From an uncultured Verrucomicrobia subdivision 3 bacterium (lineage in GTDB: Bacteria; Verrucomicrobiota; Verrucomicrobiia; Limisphaerales; UBA11358): a stretch of DNA of 64,000 nucleotides. Position 1 is the first letter of the stretch, and the number at the start of each line of letters is the position of its first letter. A model generated the notes under the pieces. That model did no database searches. It was not told the origin of the DNA and saw nothing but the letters and a program-made list of their open reading frames with translations. Of the stretch, positions 19,701 through 28,508 are shown one piece after another. The stretch spans positions 1,621 through 65,620 of the forward strand of contig CAIMLG010000105.1 in NCBI GenBank assembly GCA_903842235.1, written 5' to 3'. The translations under genes and the position numbers were made by a program.

Positions 19701-20631
19701 TTGGTATGGCGGTCCGTGGAGTGATAATGTTTCGGGCTATGTGACAACCGGGGATTTCAACAATCGATTGACGCAGTTGAAGAGTCTGTATGGCAATCTT
19801 TTGGTGACGATGGCGTGGCGTGATCTCGGTCAAATTGCCGCCACGCTGGGGTTCGCCAATGAGGCCATCCTGTGCGGCCAGAAATCGTCCGCCAGCAAAG
19901 TTGCCATCAATGCCAAACTCTACCGACCGGAATTTGGCACCTATTGCTATTACATGAATGTGGTGTCCAACACCGCTTACAACTACCGTGAAGATATTTC
20001 AGCCGGATTGCTATATTTATCCGGCGTCGCCAGTGTACAAGCCTGTCTAAATTACCATTCAAATTTCGCAGCCACCCCTTACGGTTATCGCAATGTGGAC
20101 CCCATCATGCCCGCCGGTCAGACATCATATCATGGTGGAAATGTTTGGGAGGATGAAGCAGGCTTTCACGGATGGGCAATGGCGCTGCTTGGCCGACCTG
20201 AAGAACTGGAGCCCTTCATTTTCTGGCATGCGCGCGCGGGTCTACCGTTAAAAAAATGGCAGGAGGGAACCATCAATCCCTCCACGGGCCAATTTCACTC
20301 GAATTATACCTGGGTCAGCTGGGGGGCCACGGGCTATACGTGCTATTGGACGCGTGGAGTGTTTGGCATCACCTACAATCCCGATGGCATTCAATTTGCC
20401 CCCTGCGTGCCGAATTCATTCGGGAATAATTTTTATTCCGTGTTGAACCACTTCACGTATCGAAACTGCAACCTGCGAATAATTTTGATCGGCTGTGGCA
20501 CGGTGGTTCAGATCATTCTCGTTGATGGCGTGCCCGCCAGTAGCGTGCCCGCCACGCTGACCGGCAATCATGTGATTCAAATAAAAATGGCGAATTCAGG
20601 TTCGCCAAATATACCGCCTCCACAGGAGTAA
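16780..20631 (+). CDS. Beta-strand repeat exoprotein with an internal tail-like module and a C-terminal (alpha/alpha)6-barrel glycosidase-like domain
   Basis: The likely start is MKSMLIGIACF (16780); the ORF is open from 16654. It has PF12951-type repeats, then an SWP...GWQLQGQTNPL...EFFRLIYP module at ~18880-19080. A Pro-rich linker PPMPPIQMP follows, then a domain with DGDDGLWYGGPWSDN and SYHGGNVWEDEAGFHGWA, which resemble six-hairpin glycosidases. The exact GH family is not assignable by eye. Confidence 0.8.
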   Translation: MKSMLIGIACFVSGTSKRWPVFSFVLVCVLSIGMAGHGQVLRWDNMPAKAGVQDGGGNWSNSSTLTNWWNGTRNVAWITGASAVIGSNLTSSATITLANSIVAGGMIFSNNFTITAAGQSVPAYTVAGIAPNTNLTVMGSPAELVMADNCPNPQSYPGASGQVTINASLVATGGISVVTKASGWQSQIAFNNPTNFINGTMEVGTPGATDYNSATALQVQFNNSGLGAGTLTGCTNLIIHTNSGVLLRGTSGGYTLNWPKNFIISGDGIPASFFCFGAINFSGNNGCTFPANIQLAGDSTVILTWGVNNAAVTNAGNITGAGRLRLNQSANRPTTGSRVVLKGTNTYVGATIIDGGLVVQAASGANNRLPGGTALQLGNSGLFYAANSSGTPQSSYNGFGGLILGDLGGASSQMLSGLTSDTTALGQQSYVAGGNAAAVSTLTVSNNGDNIYIGTLGGTAAPASNLALVKSGAGTLKLHGTNLCAGGYAINGGTVVFGDGVADYPLTGPITNNATVTFNVASRQTYTGVIRGGGALNLNGFGVLTFAGTNAGTGAFNIRSGTLAVNTDAQLSGVPMVLSPGASLQVNRTANENSLAVAALTATNATLSFNLAGYAINSSPLLAVLGAFVNTGNSTINLPNPGSIAAGRGSLITYGSYQSNAFSSFTVNGLRPGMVARVEDNPGNHSLDLVVSIVDPTVTAIVQSGHVLNLSWPAACTGWQLQGQTNPLSLGLSSNWFNLSGTEATNSYAMGIDPTTPTEFFRLIYPPMPPIQMPIFSNSAFVFYPDRMECSDVYAGVYRSTNGLTITQDGNPSYAWTTPQMNQLSLQTPYPILDGAFALAVDALFKVRAPAGTASAMLGGYSPGSVYYVPYFYMTHGADIREYTRDFSQEIQWGDIAVIDPVTTRGTLIRRCDITNNIIREDAVVTSDSIHFISAAWEYFKITGDTNLLTTCWRCMWNTMTNKETTYLDGDDGLWYGGPWSDNVSGYVTTGDFNNRLTQLKSLYGNLLVTMAWRDLGQIAATLGFANEAILCGQKSSASKVAINAKLYRPEFGTYCYYMNVVSNTAYNYREDISAGLLYLSGVASVQACLNYHSNFAATPYGYRNVDPIMPAGQTSYHGGNVWEDEAGFHGWAMALLGRPEELEPFIFWHARAGLPLKKWQEGTINPSTGQFHSNYTWVSWGATGYTCYWTRGVFGITYNPDGIQFAPCVPNSFGNNFYSVLNHFTYRNCNLRIILIGCGTVVQIILVDGVPASSVPATLTGNHVIQIKMANSGSPNIPPPQE

Positions 20632-20751
20632 CATTTTCCAGTGAAAACTTTACCTGTCCATCTCCGAGGCTGTTTAAAGCGTGCAAGTGCGCGGGTGAAA
20701 ATCACGCGATCTCCCGCCCTTGGTGATCCGGCGGTTTGGCGCACTGCCAAG

Positions 20752-23700
20752 ATGCTTACTGCCATTCTGGGCTTGCTCGTTTTGCTCTGTGCTTCGAGTT
20801 TTGCCCAGCCATATCAACTGCGGGGTCACTTGGGCGCTCATGATCCTTCGACCGTAGTGAAGTGCAAAGACCGTTACTACCTGTTTGCCACCGGATCGGG
20901 GATTACGAGCCGGTCGTCCGCCGACAAAATATTTTGGTCGGCGGGGCCAAAGGTGTTTGCGAACGTGCCCGCTTGGACCACCAATGCCGTGCCCGGTTTC
21001 ACCGGAACCTTCTGGGCGCCGGACGTCCTCTACGTCAGCAATCGTTACTGCCTCTACTATTCCGTTTCCACGTTCGGCAGCCAGATTTCTGCGATCGGAC
21101 TGGTGACCAATCCGACGTTGGACCCGACGGATCCGAATTATCTGTGGACCGATCAAGGCCCCGTGATCACTTCGACGAACGGATTGGCCTACAACACCAT
21201 TGACCCCTGTCTGTCATGGGACGCCTCCGGCAAGCTGTGGCTCTGCTTCGGTTCCTACTGGAATGGGATTTATATAACGCAACTGGATCCGGCCACCGGC
21301 CTCCGCATCACACCGAACTCAACGACCTTCCGCCTCGCGGACAGCAGTTCGATTGAAGCGTCGTATATTTTTCGGCAGGGCAGTTACTACTATCTCTTTG
21401 TCAACTGGGGCTCCTGTTGCGACGGCGTGGATAGCACCTACAATATCCGTGTCGGTCGCAGCCTTTCCATCACCGGTCCTTACCTGGACAAGAATGGCGT
21501 GGATATGGTCAACGGCGGCGGCACCTTGTTCATGCGTGCGTCCGGCAAATATTCCGGGCCGGGCCACGTTGGCATCTTGTCGGATGGCGGAACGCTATTT
21601 CTCACGCATCATTACTACGACGCCAATTCCTGGGATACGGGATATAACGCTTACGGAACGCCGCGCTTCGCCATGTTGCCGCTTTCGTGGACTACGGACG
21701 GCTGGCCGGTCTATGATAACAGTTGGTCGGCCGTCTATAATTTTCAATCCGACGCGCGGGAGGAGAACGGCCAATTCTCCGGCCTGCTGGTGAATGGCGC
21801 CTCGGTCAAGCTCGACCCCACATACGGCCACGCTCTCGATCTCAACGGGACCAACCAATACGCCTGGCTGCCTCCTGGTGTTGCCTATGCGCAAACATTC
21901 GCGGCAGTGGTGAAATGGCGCGGCGGCAGTCAGTGGCAACGCATCTTTGATTTCGGCACGGACACGTCCAAGACTGTGATGCTCACTCCAGCCGCCAGCG
22001 GCAATGTCCTGCGCCTCGACATCAACCCGGGCGGCAATTTGCAGACGCTGCAATGGACCCAACCACTGCCGATGAACGTTTGGACCCACGTTGCAGTGAC
22101 GCTGGATGGCTCGAAGGGCATTCTCTTCGTCAATGGAGCCGCGGTGGCCACGAACAACAGCATGACCACCCTTCCTTTAAACGTCACGTCGCAGACCAAT
22201 CATCTTGGGCGCAGCAAATTCGCGGTGGACCCTTACTTCAATGGCCAATACGCGAGTTTTCGCGCGTATAGTCGGGCGCTGACGGCGGCCGAAATTGTGG
22301 CGCCAGTGCCCGTCATTGCGTCGCCAGCGGATGGCTCTGCCTGTTGGCCGGGCGGCACGATTCGTTTTCAAGGCCGCGCTACTGATTTCATGAACCTGCC
22401 TTTGGGTGCCGGCAATCTGACCTGGCAGATTCAATACATCAACAACGGGGCGACCAACATAGTGCTGAGCCCGGTCACGGGTTTGAATGAAGGCGTTTAT
22501 ACCGTGCCAGCCAACGGAACGAATGGTTTGTATCGCATCTTCCTGATGGCGACGGACAATCTCGGTCGCAAAGCAACCAATTCAGTGAGCGCCTATGCCT
22601 CGGCGACCGTCGGCTCGAATGCGTGGTCATCCTTTTATCCGCTGACCAGCAATGCCCTGGATGCCAGCAACAACTTCAACGGCACGCTCGTGAACGGAGC
22701 TTCCTTTGTGAACGACCCGACGCGTGGAAATGTTCTAAACCTTACACCAGCGCCCAAGCAATACGTCAAACTGGCGACCGGTGCGGGTTCGGCGCAGACA
22801 GTTTCCGGCTGGGTCAAGTGGAACGGTGGCGCCAACTGGCAACGCATTTTTGATCTGAGCAAGAACAACAATTGTTTTTACTATCTCACCCCTTGCAACT
22901 CCTCGACCCAGCTGCAATGCTCGATCACGCCGGACTATGCCACTTACAAGCGGACGATTGAGATGCAGGGCGCACTGCCCACCAACCGGTGGGTGCAGGT
23001 GGCCGTGACGATGAACGGGCGTGAGGGAATTCTCTGCCTGAATGGCGATGCGGTCGGCGTCAATAACAGCGTCAATCTATTGCCGTCCGACATCGCCGGA
23101 ACCAACTGCGTATTGGGGAAGAGTCAGTTTTCTGCCGATCCCTATTTCGATGGGCAAATCAGCGCGGTACGTTTGAATTCAAAGGTGCTCTCCCGCGCCG
23201 AGCTCGTGGCCCCGCAACCGCTCATCCTTCAGCCCACGAATACAACCAAGTTTGCCGGCGGAGTTCCGTTGGTTTTCATCGGATCCGCTAAAGACTATTC
23301 GGGCGCGATTTTGTCGCCGGGCGCATTCTCGTGGAATAGCCAACTGTTTTCGAACGGACTGGCCTATGCCGCCTTCGGTCCGTGGACGGGCATAACCAAC
23401 GGGGCTTATCTCGTTCCGACTAATGCCGCAACCGTCACCAACATTTTCTACCGCATCAATCTCACCGTAACCGACACCAACGACAATCAGCAGTCCGTTT
23501 CGGCAGATGTGCAACCACGAACCAGCGTGCTGAGTTTTACCACCGTGCCGGCCGGCTTAAACATCTCACTCGATGGCCAAAGCCTGACGACTTCGACCTC
23601 CGTTGTCGCCGTCGCTGGAATGAGCCGAACGATGGGAGTGCCGTCGCCACAATTCAAAGCCGGCACGAACTTCCCGTTTGTGATGTGGTCTGACGGCGGT

Positions 23701-23973
23701 GCGCAATCGCATAACCTCACGGTTCCAGACACCAACACCAGCTACACGGCGAGTTTCGTGCAGCCGACCATGGATATCAGATCAAGCGATGGCGGGCTAG
23801 ACCTATCATGGCCGGGTTGGGCTGCGCCCATGACGCTTGAGTTCACGACGGACCTGATGCCGCCAGTCCTCTGGTCCGGGTTGGCCGTGCCAATTATTCC
23901 AACCAACGGCATGCTTGGCGTTCACTTCTCGATGACCAACACGATCCAGTTTTACCGGTTGAAGCTCCCATGA
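20752..23973 (+). CDS. GH43 endo-arabinanase-like enzyme with two LamG/concanavalin-like domains, Ig-like segments and an F-Y-R-L tail
   Basis: Signal peptide MLTAILGLLVLLCASSFAQP; the ORF is open from GTG 20641. GH43 motifs are HDPS, FWAPDV, YYSVSTFGSQ.SAIG, NTIDPC...GSYWNGI and IEASY. There are two copies of LVNGAS...W.RIFD(F/L) (Laminin_G_3-like). It ends IQFYRLKLP. Confidence 0.9.
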   Translation: MLTAILGLLVLLCASSFAQPYQLRGHLGAHDPSTVVKCKDRYYLFATGSGITSRSSADKIFWSAGPKVFANVPAWTTNAVPGFTGTFWAPDVLYVSNRYCLYYSVSTFGSQISAIGLVTNPTLDPTDPNYLWTDQGPVITSTNGLAYNTIDPCLSWDASGKLWLCFGSYWNGIYITQLDPATGLRITPNSTTFRLADSSSIEASYIFRQGSYYYLFVNWGSCCDGVDSTYNIRVGRSLSITGPYLDKNGVDMVNGGGTLFMRASGKYSGPGHVGILSDGGTLFLTHHYYDANSWDTGYNAYGTPRFAMLPLSWTTDGWPVYDNSWSAVYNFQSDAREENGQFSGLLVNGASVKLDPTYGHALDLNGTNQYAWLPPGVAYAQTFAAVVKWRGGSQWQRIFDFGTDTSKTVMLTPAASGNVLRLDINPGGNLQTLQWTQPLPMNVWTHVAVTLDGSKGILFVNGAAVATNNSMTTLPLNVTSQTNHLGRSKFAVDPYFNGQYASFRAYSRALTAAEIVAPVPVIASPADGSACWPGGTIRFQGRATDFMNLPLGAGNLTWQIQYINNGATNIVLSPVTGLNEGVYTVPANGTNGLYRIFLMATDNLGRKATNSVSAYASATVGSNAWSSFYPLTSNALDASNNFNGTLVNGASFVNDPTRGNVLNLTPAPKQYVKLATGAGSAQTVSGWVKWNGGANWQRIFDLSKNNNCFYYLTPCNSSTQLQCSITPDYATYKRTIEMQGALPTNRWVQVAVTMNGREGILCLNGDAVGVNNSVNLLPSDIAGTNCVLGKSQFSADPYFDGQISAVRLNSKVLSRAELVAPQPLILQPTNTTKFAGGVPLVFIGSAKDYSGAILSPGAFSWNSQLFSNGLAYAAFGPWTGITNGAYLVPTNAATVTNIFYRINLTVTDTNDNQQSVSADVQPRTSVLSFTTVPAGLNISLDGQSLTTSTSVVAVAGMSRTMGVPSPQFKAGTNFPFVMWSDGGAQSHNLTVPDTNTSYTASFVQPTMDIRSSDGGLDLSWPGWAAPMTLEFTTDLMPPVLWSGLAVPIIPTNGMLGVHFSMTNTIQFYRLKLP

Positions 23974-24015
23974 TTAACCACGAACAAAGATTTTCGCCAA
24001 GAAGCAGACCAGGTC

Positions 24016-27000
24016 ATGAATAGTCGAACTGTAAAATTTCCCATGTTGTTCCGATTGGTCGGATGGATTTGTTTGGTGACGTCGGGTCTGCCGATGATTT
24101 GTTTCAATGCAGGTGCTTACACGGCGGCGGATGCGCAAACGATGGTGGATTCCTTCAACAACGCTTTTTATTTCACCACCAGCGGTCGCGGCTATTTCCG
24201 TGACTCAACCGATGGCGGCACAACGTGGTTCTGGGGGCGGGCAAACCAGATGGAAATGCTCGTTGACCTTTATGAGCAAACCACCAACACCGCCTACCTG
24301 ACCCAGTTCTCCAGTCTCTACAACGGTTTCGCTTACGACTACGGCACGAGCTGGACCTGGAACGCTTACAACGACGACATCATGTGGATGGTGATCGCCT
24401 GTTCGCGCGCGTATCAAAAGACCGGCAACAACACCTATCGCTCGGTGGCGAAAAGCAATTTCGACGCGTGCTATACGCGGGCATGGTCTACGAATGGCGG
24501 TGGCGGGTTGTATTGGAAATACCCGGACAATTCGTCGAAGAACGCCTGCGTTAACGGCCCGGGTGCGATTGCAGCCTACCTGATCTATCAAAACTACGGG
24601 GACACCAACTATCTTGCCAAGGCCGAAAGTTTATACCAGTGGGAGCGGGCAAAATTATTCAACAGCGGCAGCGGTTCGATCGCCGACTACTACGGCAGCG
24701 ATAACGCCGCCCATGGTGGGGCAACCTCATACAACCAGGGGACGTTCATCGGTGCGGCAAATTTCCTCGGCTACACCAATGACGCCATCCTCGCGGCGAA
24801 TTACACCAGAAACAGCATGGGCACCGGTGGCCAGTTGCCAAATTACGACGAGAACAGCGACCTGGGCAATTTCAACGCCATCTTCGTCCGGTGGATGGTG
24901 AGGTTCATGAAGGATCGTGGGCTGCAAAGGGATTATCAGTTGTGGCTCCAGCAGAACGCCAATGCCGCGTGGAATGTGCGGCGCCCATCGGACAATATCT
25001 CCTGGTCGAAATGGTGGGATCAAACGCCCGATGACACGCGCTACTCGGTCGGCTGCTGGGGTTCCGTAATGGTGATGAACCTGGTGCCGCCGACCCAAAA
25101 TCCCGGTGGCAGCGTGGTGACTTTGAACACCAGTGATGTGGCCGGGAGCAGCAGTTTCGAAAGCGCGTTGAACTGGTCGGACGGAGCGGCTCCGTCGTCG
25201 GCCAAGAATTACGTGGTGAACATCGCCCGCACATTGCGAACGCCGGCAGACGGATCCCATCACACTTTTGCCGGAAGTTCGTTGACGCTGTCAAACGGCG
25301 CTGTGCTCGCGTTCAAGAACACCTCCGGTGGACGCTATGTTTCCATCGGCACGGATCTGTTTCTCGATGGCGGCGAAGTCCACAACTGGTCGGGCAACAG
25401 CGCCAGCCTGGGGGGCAAAGTCACACTGAAAGCGGGCGGGGGGAAAATTGATCCGCAGGGGAATTCATTTTCGTTTCCCGCGTTAATTGGCGGACCCGGT
25501 GCGTTGCGGATCGGTGCCACGGCGGTTTCTCCTTTGAACGGCACCGTCAATCTGAACGGCGTAAACACCTACACGGGCGGCACGGTCATTGAAGCGCCGC
25601 ACACGGTGCAAATCGACAACTCTGCTTGTCTGGGTAGCTCAACCGGTTCACTCGCTTTCAGCAACTCGGTTGGGCGCGGATATGGCACAATGAACCTGAA
25701 TGGCATTGACCTGACAATTGGAAAACTCAGCGGAGCAGGTGGCACCATTATGAACAGCAAGAGCGGGACAACGAACACGCTGACGATCGGCAATGGCGAT
25801 GCGACCGGCGGCATCTATCAGGGCATTATCACCGATGGCGGTGGTATGCTAGGTGTGACCAAGGCTGGCACGGGTTCGATTGCGCTTTCGGGGGCGAACA
25901 CATTCAGCGGCGGCATGACCATGGACGCGGGCCAGTTGAACATCAATTACGGCGGTTCCAGCAGCGCCAACTCGGCCATCGGCATCGGTGTTTTGACTAT
26001 TTTAGCGAATACCACGCTGGACAACACCAGTGGCACGGAGGTGACGCTGCGGCCGAATAATGCCCAAGTGTGGAATGGCAATTTCACCTATGCCGGAACT
26101 GCGAACAGTCTGAATCTGGGCACGGGCGCGGTGAGCCTGGCCGCCACCCGCACGGTGACGGTGAGCGGTAATAGATTGACGGCAGGGGGTGTGATCAGCG
26201 GCGCCGGTGGACTCGCTAAAATGGGCCCCGGCACTTTGGCGCTTACCGGGGCGAATATGTTCACGGGAACGGTGGACCTTCAGGCTGGCACACTGGCAAT
26301 CGGTAATGATTCAGCCCTCGGAACCGGGCCATTGAATTTTAACGGTGGCACGCTTGGAGCGACCATTCAGTCCATTGACGGCGCGGCGCGCATGATAACG
26401 AATGCCTTCAATTTCGGCGGCAGCGCGGGCGCCAACGCAATCTTCGGCGGCACGGGGAATCTCAAATTCACGGCCACCCCGAATGCCAATGGCACCGCCA
26501 AGACCTTGACAGTGAACAATCCGCGGACGGAGTTCAGCGGGGTCTTGGGTGGAGCCAGCGCGCGCACGGTGGCCGGCACGGGCATCCTCATTTTTAGCGG
26601 GGCAAACACCTATAGTCTGGGCACGACGATCAATCCGGGCGCCACGCTGCAACTGGGCAACGGCGGCACAAGCGGCTCGCTTTCCACCAGCGGCACGATT
26701 GATGACGAGGGCACGTTGATCTTCAACCGCAGCGATTCAATTGTCCAAGGCACCCACTTTAGCAGCGCCCCCATTATCGGCGGCGGTTCGGTGATCCAAG
26801 CCGGTTCCGGCATCGTCACCCTCAACGCAGCAAACACCTACTCCGGAAGCACTATGGTCGGCAACGGGGTGCTAGGCGGCACCGGTTCAATCCCCGGAAT
26901 GCTCAATGTGCAACCCGGGGGAACCTTGGCTCCGGGCATGCCTTCCTGGGGGATTTTGCCGGCTGTGATGGGGACATTGACCGCCGGCAATACGACCATT

Positions 27001-27495
27001 AACGGCACGATGCGGATGAAGATTGACCGCTCGGTGACGCCCACCAGCGACAAGTTGTCTGCCCCTAGCGTTGTTGCCAATGCGGGATCTGCTTTAGTGG
27101 TTACCAACCTCGGGCCGACCAATTTTTCGGCTGGCGACCGATTCACGCTTTTCAGCGTGCCCATCAGCGGCGCGTTTAATTCGGTCAATCTTCCGCCATT
27201 GCCTGATGCGAGTTTGGTCTGGGCCAACAACCTTGCCGTGGACGGCTCGATTGCAGTGATTCCGGCGGTCGCCATCACGCCAACCAATCTGGTGGCGCAA
27301 TTTTCGGTGAACACGCTGACCCTCTCGTGGCCGGCTGACCATACCGGGTGGCGGTTGCAGACGCAGACGAATCCGTTGGTCACCGGGTTGAACTCGAACT
27401 GGTTTGATGTCGCAGGCGCAATAAGCACGAATCAAATGATCCTCCCGTTTTCGCCCGATGCGGGGGGCGTCTTCTTCCGTTTGATCTATCCGTGA
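24016..27495 (+). CDS. GH76-like alpha-1,6-mannanase fused to head module, beta-strand repeats, neck module and F-F-R-L tail
   Basis: N-terminal domain with WFWGRANQMEMLVDLYE, NDDIMWMVIACSRAY, GGGLYWKY and KNACVNGPGAIAAYL, which are GH76-like. Downstream are PF12951 repeats and modules paralogous to 4230-4740 and 7490-8108. Confidence 0.88.
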   Translation: MNSRTVKFPMLFRLVGWICLVTSGLPMICFNAGAYTAADAQTMVDSFNNAFYFTTSGRGYFRDSTDGGTTWFWGRANQMEMLVDLYEQTTNTAYLTQFSSLYNGFAYDYGTSWTWNAYNDDIMWMVIACSRAYQKTGNNTYRSVAKSNFDACYTRAWSTNGGGGLYWKYPDNSSKNACVNGPGAIAAYLIYQNYGDTNYLAKAESLYQWERAKLFNSGSGSIADYYGSDNAAHGGATSYNQGTFIGAANFLGYTNDAILAANYTRNSMGTGGQLPNYDENSDLGNFNAIFVRWMVRFMKDRGLQRDYQLWLQQNANAAWNVRRPSDNISWSKWWDQTPDDTRYSVGCWGSVMVMNLVPPTQNPGGSVVTLNTSDVAGSSSFESALNWSDGAAPSSAKNYVVNIARTLRTPADGSHHTFAGSSLTLSNGAVLAFKNTSGGRYVSIGTDLFLDGGEVHNWSGNSASLGGKVTLKAGGGKIDPQGNSFSFPALIGGPGALRIGATAVSPLNGTVNLNGVNTYTGGTVIEAPHTVQIDNSACLGSSTGSLAFSNSVGRGYGTMNLNGIDLTIGKLSGAGGTIMNSKSGTTNTLTIGNGDATGGIYQGIITDGGGMLGVTKAGTGSIALSGANTFSGGMTMDAGQLNINYGGSSSANSAIGIGVLTILANTTLDNTSGTEVTLRPNNAQVWNGNFTYAGTANSLNLGTGAVSLAATRTVTVSGNRLTAGGVISGAGGLAKMGPGTLALTGANMFTGTVDLQAGTLAIGNDSALGTGPLNFNGGTLGATIQSIDGAARMITNAFNFGGSAGANAIFGGTGNLKFTATPNANGTAKTLTVNNPRTEFSGVLGGASARTVAGTGILIFSGANTYSLGTTINPGATLQLGNGGTSGSLSTSGTIDDEGTLIFNRSDSIVQGTHFSSAPIIGGGSVIQAGSGIVTLNAANTYSGSTMVGNGVLGGTGSIPGMLNVQPGGTLAPGMPSWGILPAVMGTLTAGNTTINGTMRMKIDRSVTPTSDKLSAPSVVANAGSALVVTNLGPTNFSAGDRFTLFSVPISGAFNSVNLPPLPDASLVWANNLAVDGSIAVIPAVAITPTNLVAQFSVNTLTLSWPADHTGWRLQTQTNPLVTGLNSNWFDVAGAISTNQMILPFSPDAGGVFFRLIYP

Positions 27496-27856
27496 GCAGT
27501 CCCTTGAGGCTTCTCTTCCAGTCGGCATCGTGCGAGAGGTCTTTCAAATTAAAAACATCCGTGGGGCAGGGCACGGTTCCGGCTGTCGTTGCCCCCAAGG
27601 AAACACCAACACCGCACGTTTTCTCCGCTTGAAGATACCCAACCCATAGCCGGCGATGCGTCACCCGGCGGGGTGAGGCAAAAGCACCCGGCGGCGGCTC
27701 CCGGGACAGTTTGAAGAACTATTTCCGGGCTGGTGCGCGCTTCGGGCGGCAGCATGGCAGCGGATTCCGGTTAGCGCTTCGGGGATTTGTTTGATTCAAC
27801 CAGAGTTGTTGGTTAAGTTGAAGGAGAATAAATTCCATCCATTTTACCGGCCGGCA

Positions 27857-28441
27857 ATGCCCAATTTTGAAGCCCAACATGATGTGACGCGCGTGCTGCA
27901 GTCGCAGTCCCCGGAAGGCGGCGTTTCCGAGGAGTTATTGCCTTTGGTTTACAAGGAATTGCGGGTATTGGCGGCCTCGCGAATGGCGCGGGAAATGGGC
28001 GGTCAAACCCTGCAGCCCACCGCCTTGGTGCACGAGGCTTGGCTGCGGCTCCAATCCAATTCCGCCCCCGTCTGGCACAACCGGGCGCATTTTTTTGGTG
28101 CGGCGTCCGAGGCCATGCGGCGAATTCTCATTGAACGGGCGCGGCGTAAATTACGGCTGAAGCGGGGAAATCGGGCTGAGCACGTCAGCATTGATAATGT
28201 GGACGTGGCCCAAACCCTCCCCGACGACCGCATTTTGCTGATTGACGAGGCGTTGACGCGTTTGGGGGCGGCCGATCCCGAACTGGCGCAGATTGTGACG
28301 CTGAAATTTTTCGGCGGCTTAACCAACGTGGAAGTGGCTGAGGCTCTGGGGGTCACCGAGCGCACCATTTACAATAAATGGACCTTTGCCAAGGCTTGGT
28401 TGTTAAAGAGCATTAACGAAGAATGGAATGGGGAGGCATAA
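27857..28441 (+). CDS. ECF-type RNA polymerase sigma factor (TIGR02999 / kinase-linked ECF type)
   Basis: DVTRVLQS...LLPLVYKELRVLAASRMAREMGGQTLQPTALVHEAWLRL, and a region-4 HTH (LTNVEVAEALGVTERTIYNKW). ATG 27857 is preferred over the TTG at 27791. Confidence 0.9.
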   Translation: MPNFEAQHDVTRVLQSQSPEGGVSEELLPLVYKELRVLAASRMAREMGGQTLQPTALVHEAWLRLQSNSAPVWHNRAHFFGAASEAMRRILIERARRKLRLKRGNRAEHVSIDNVDVAQTLPDDRILLIDEALTRLGAADPELAQIVTLKFFGGLTNVEVAEALGVTERTIYNKWTFAKAWLLKSINEEWNGEA

Positions 28442-28508
28442 CCCCGATGCCTTTCCGGTTTTCCCCCCTGCCAGCGCATTATTGTGTGAAAAACTGCTGT
28501 CTCAACCC

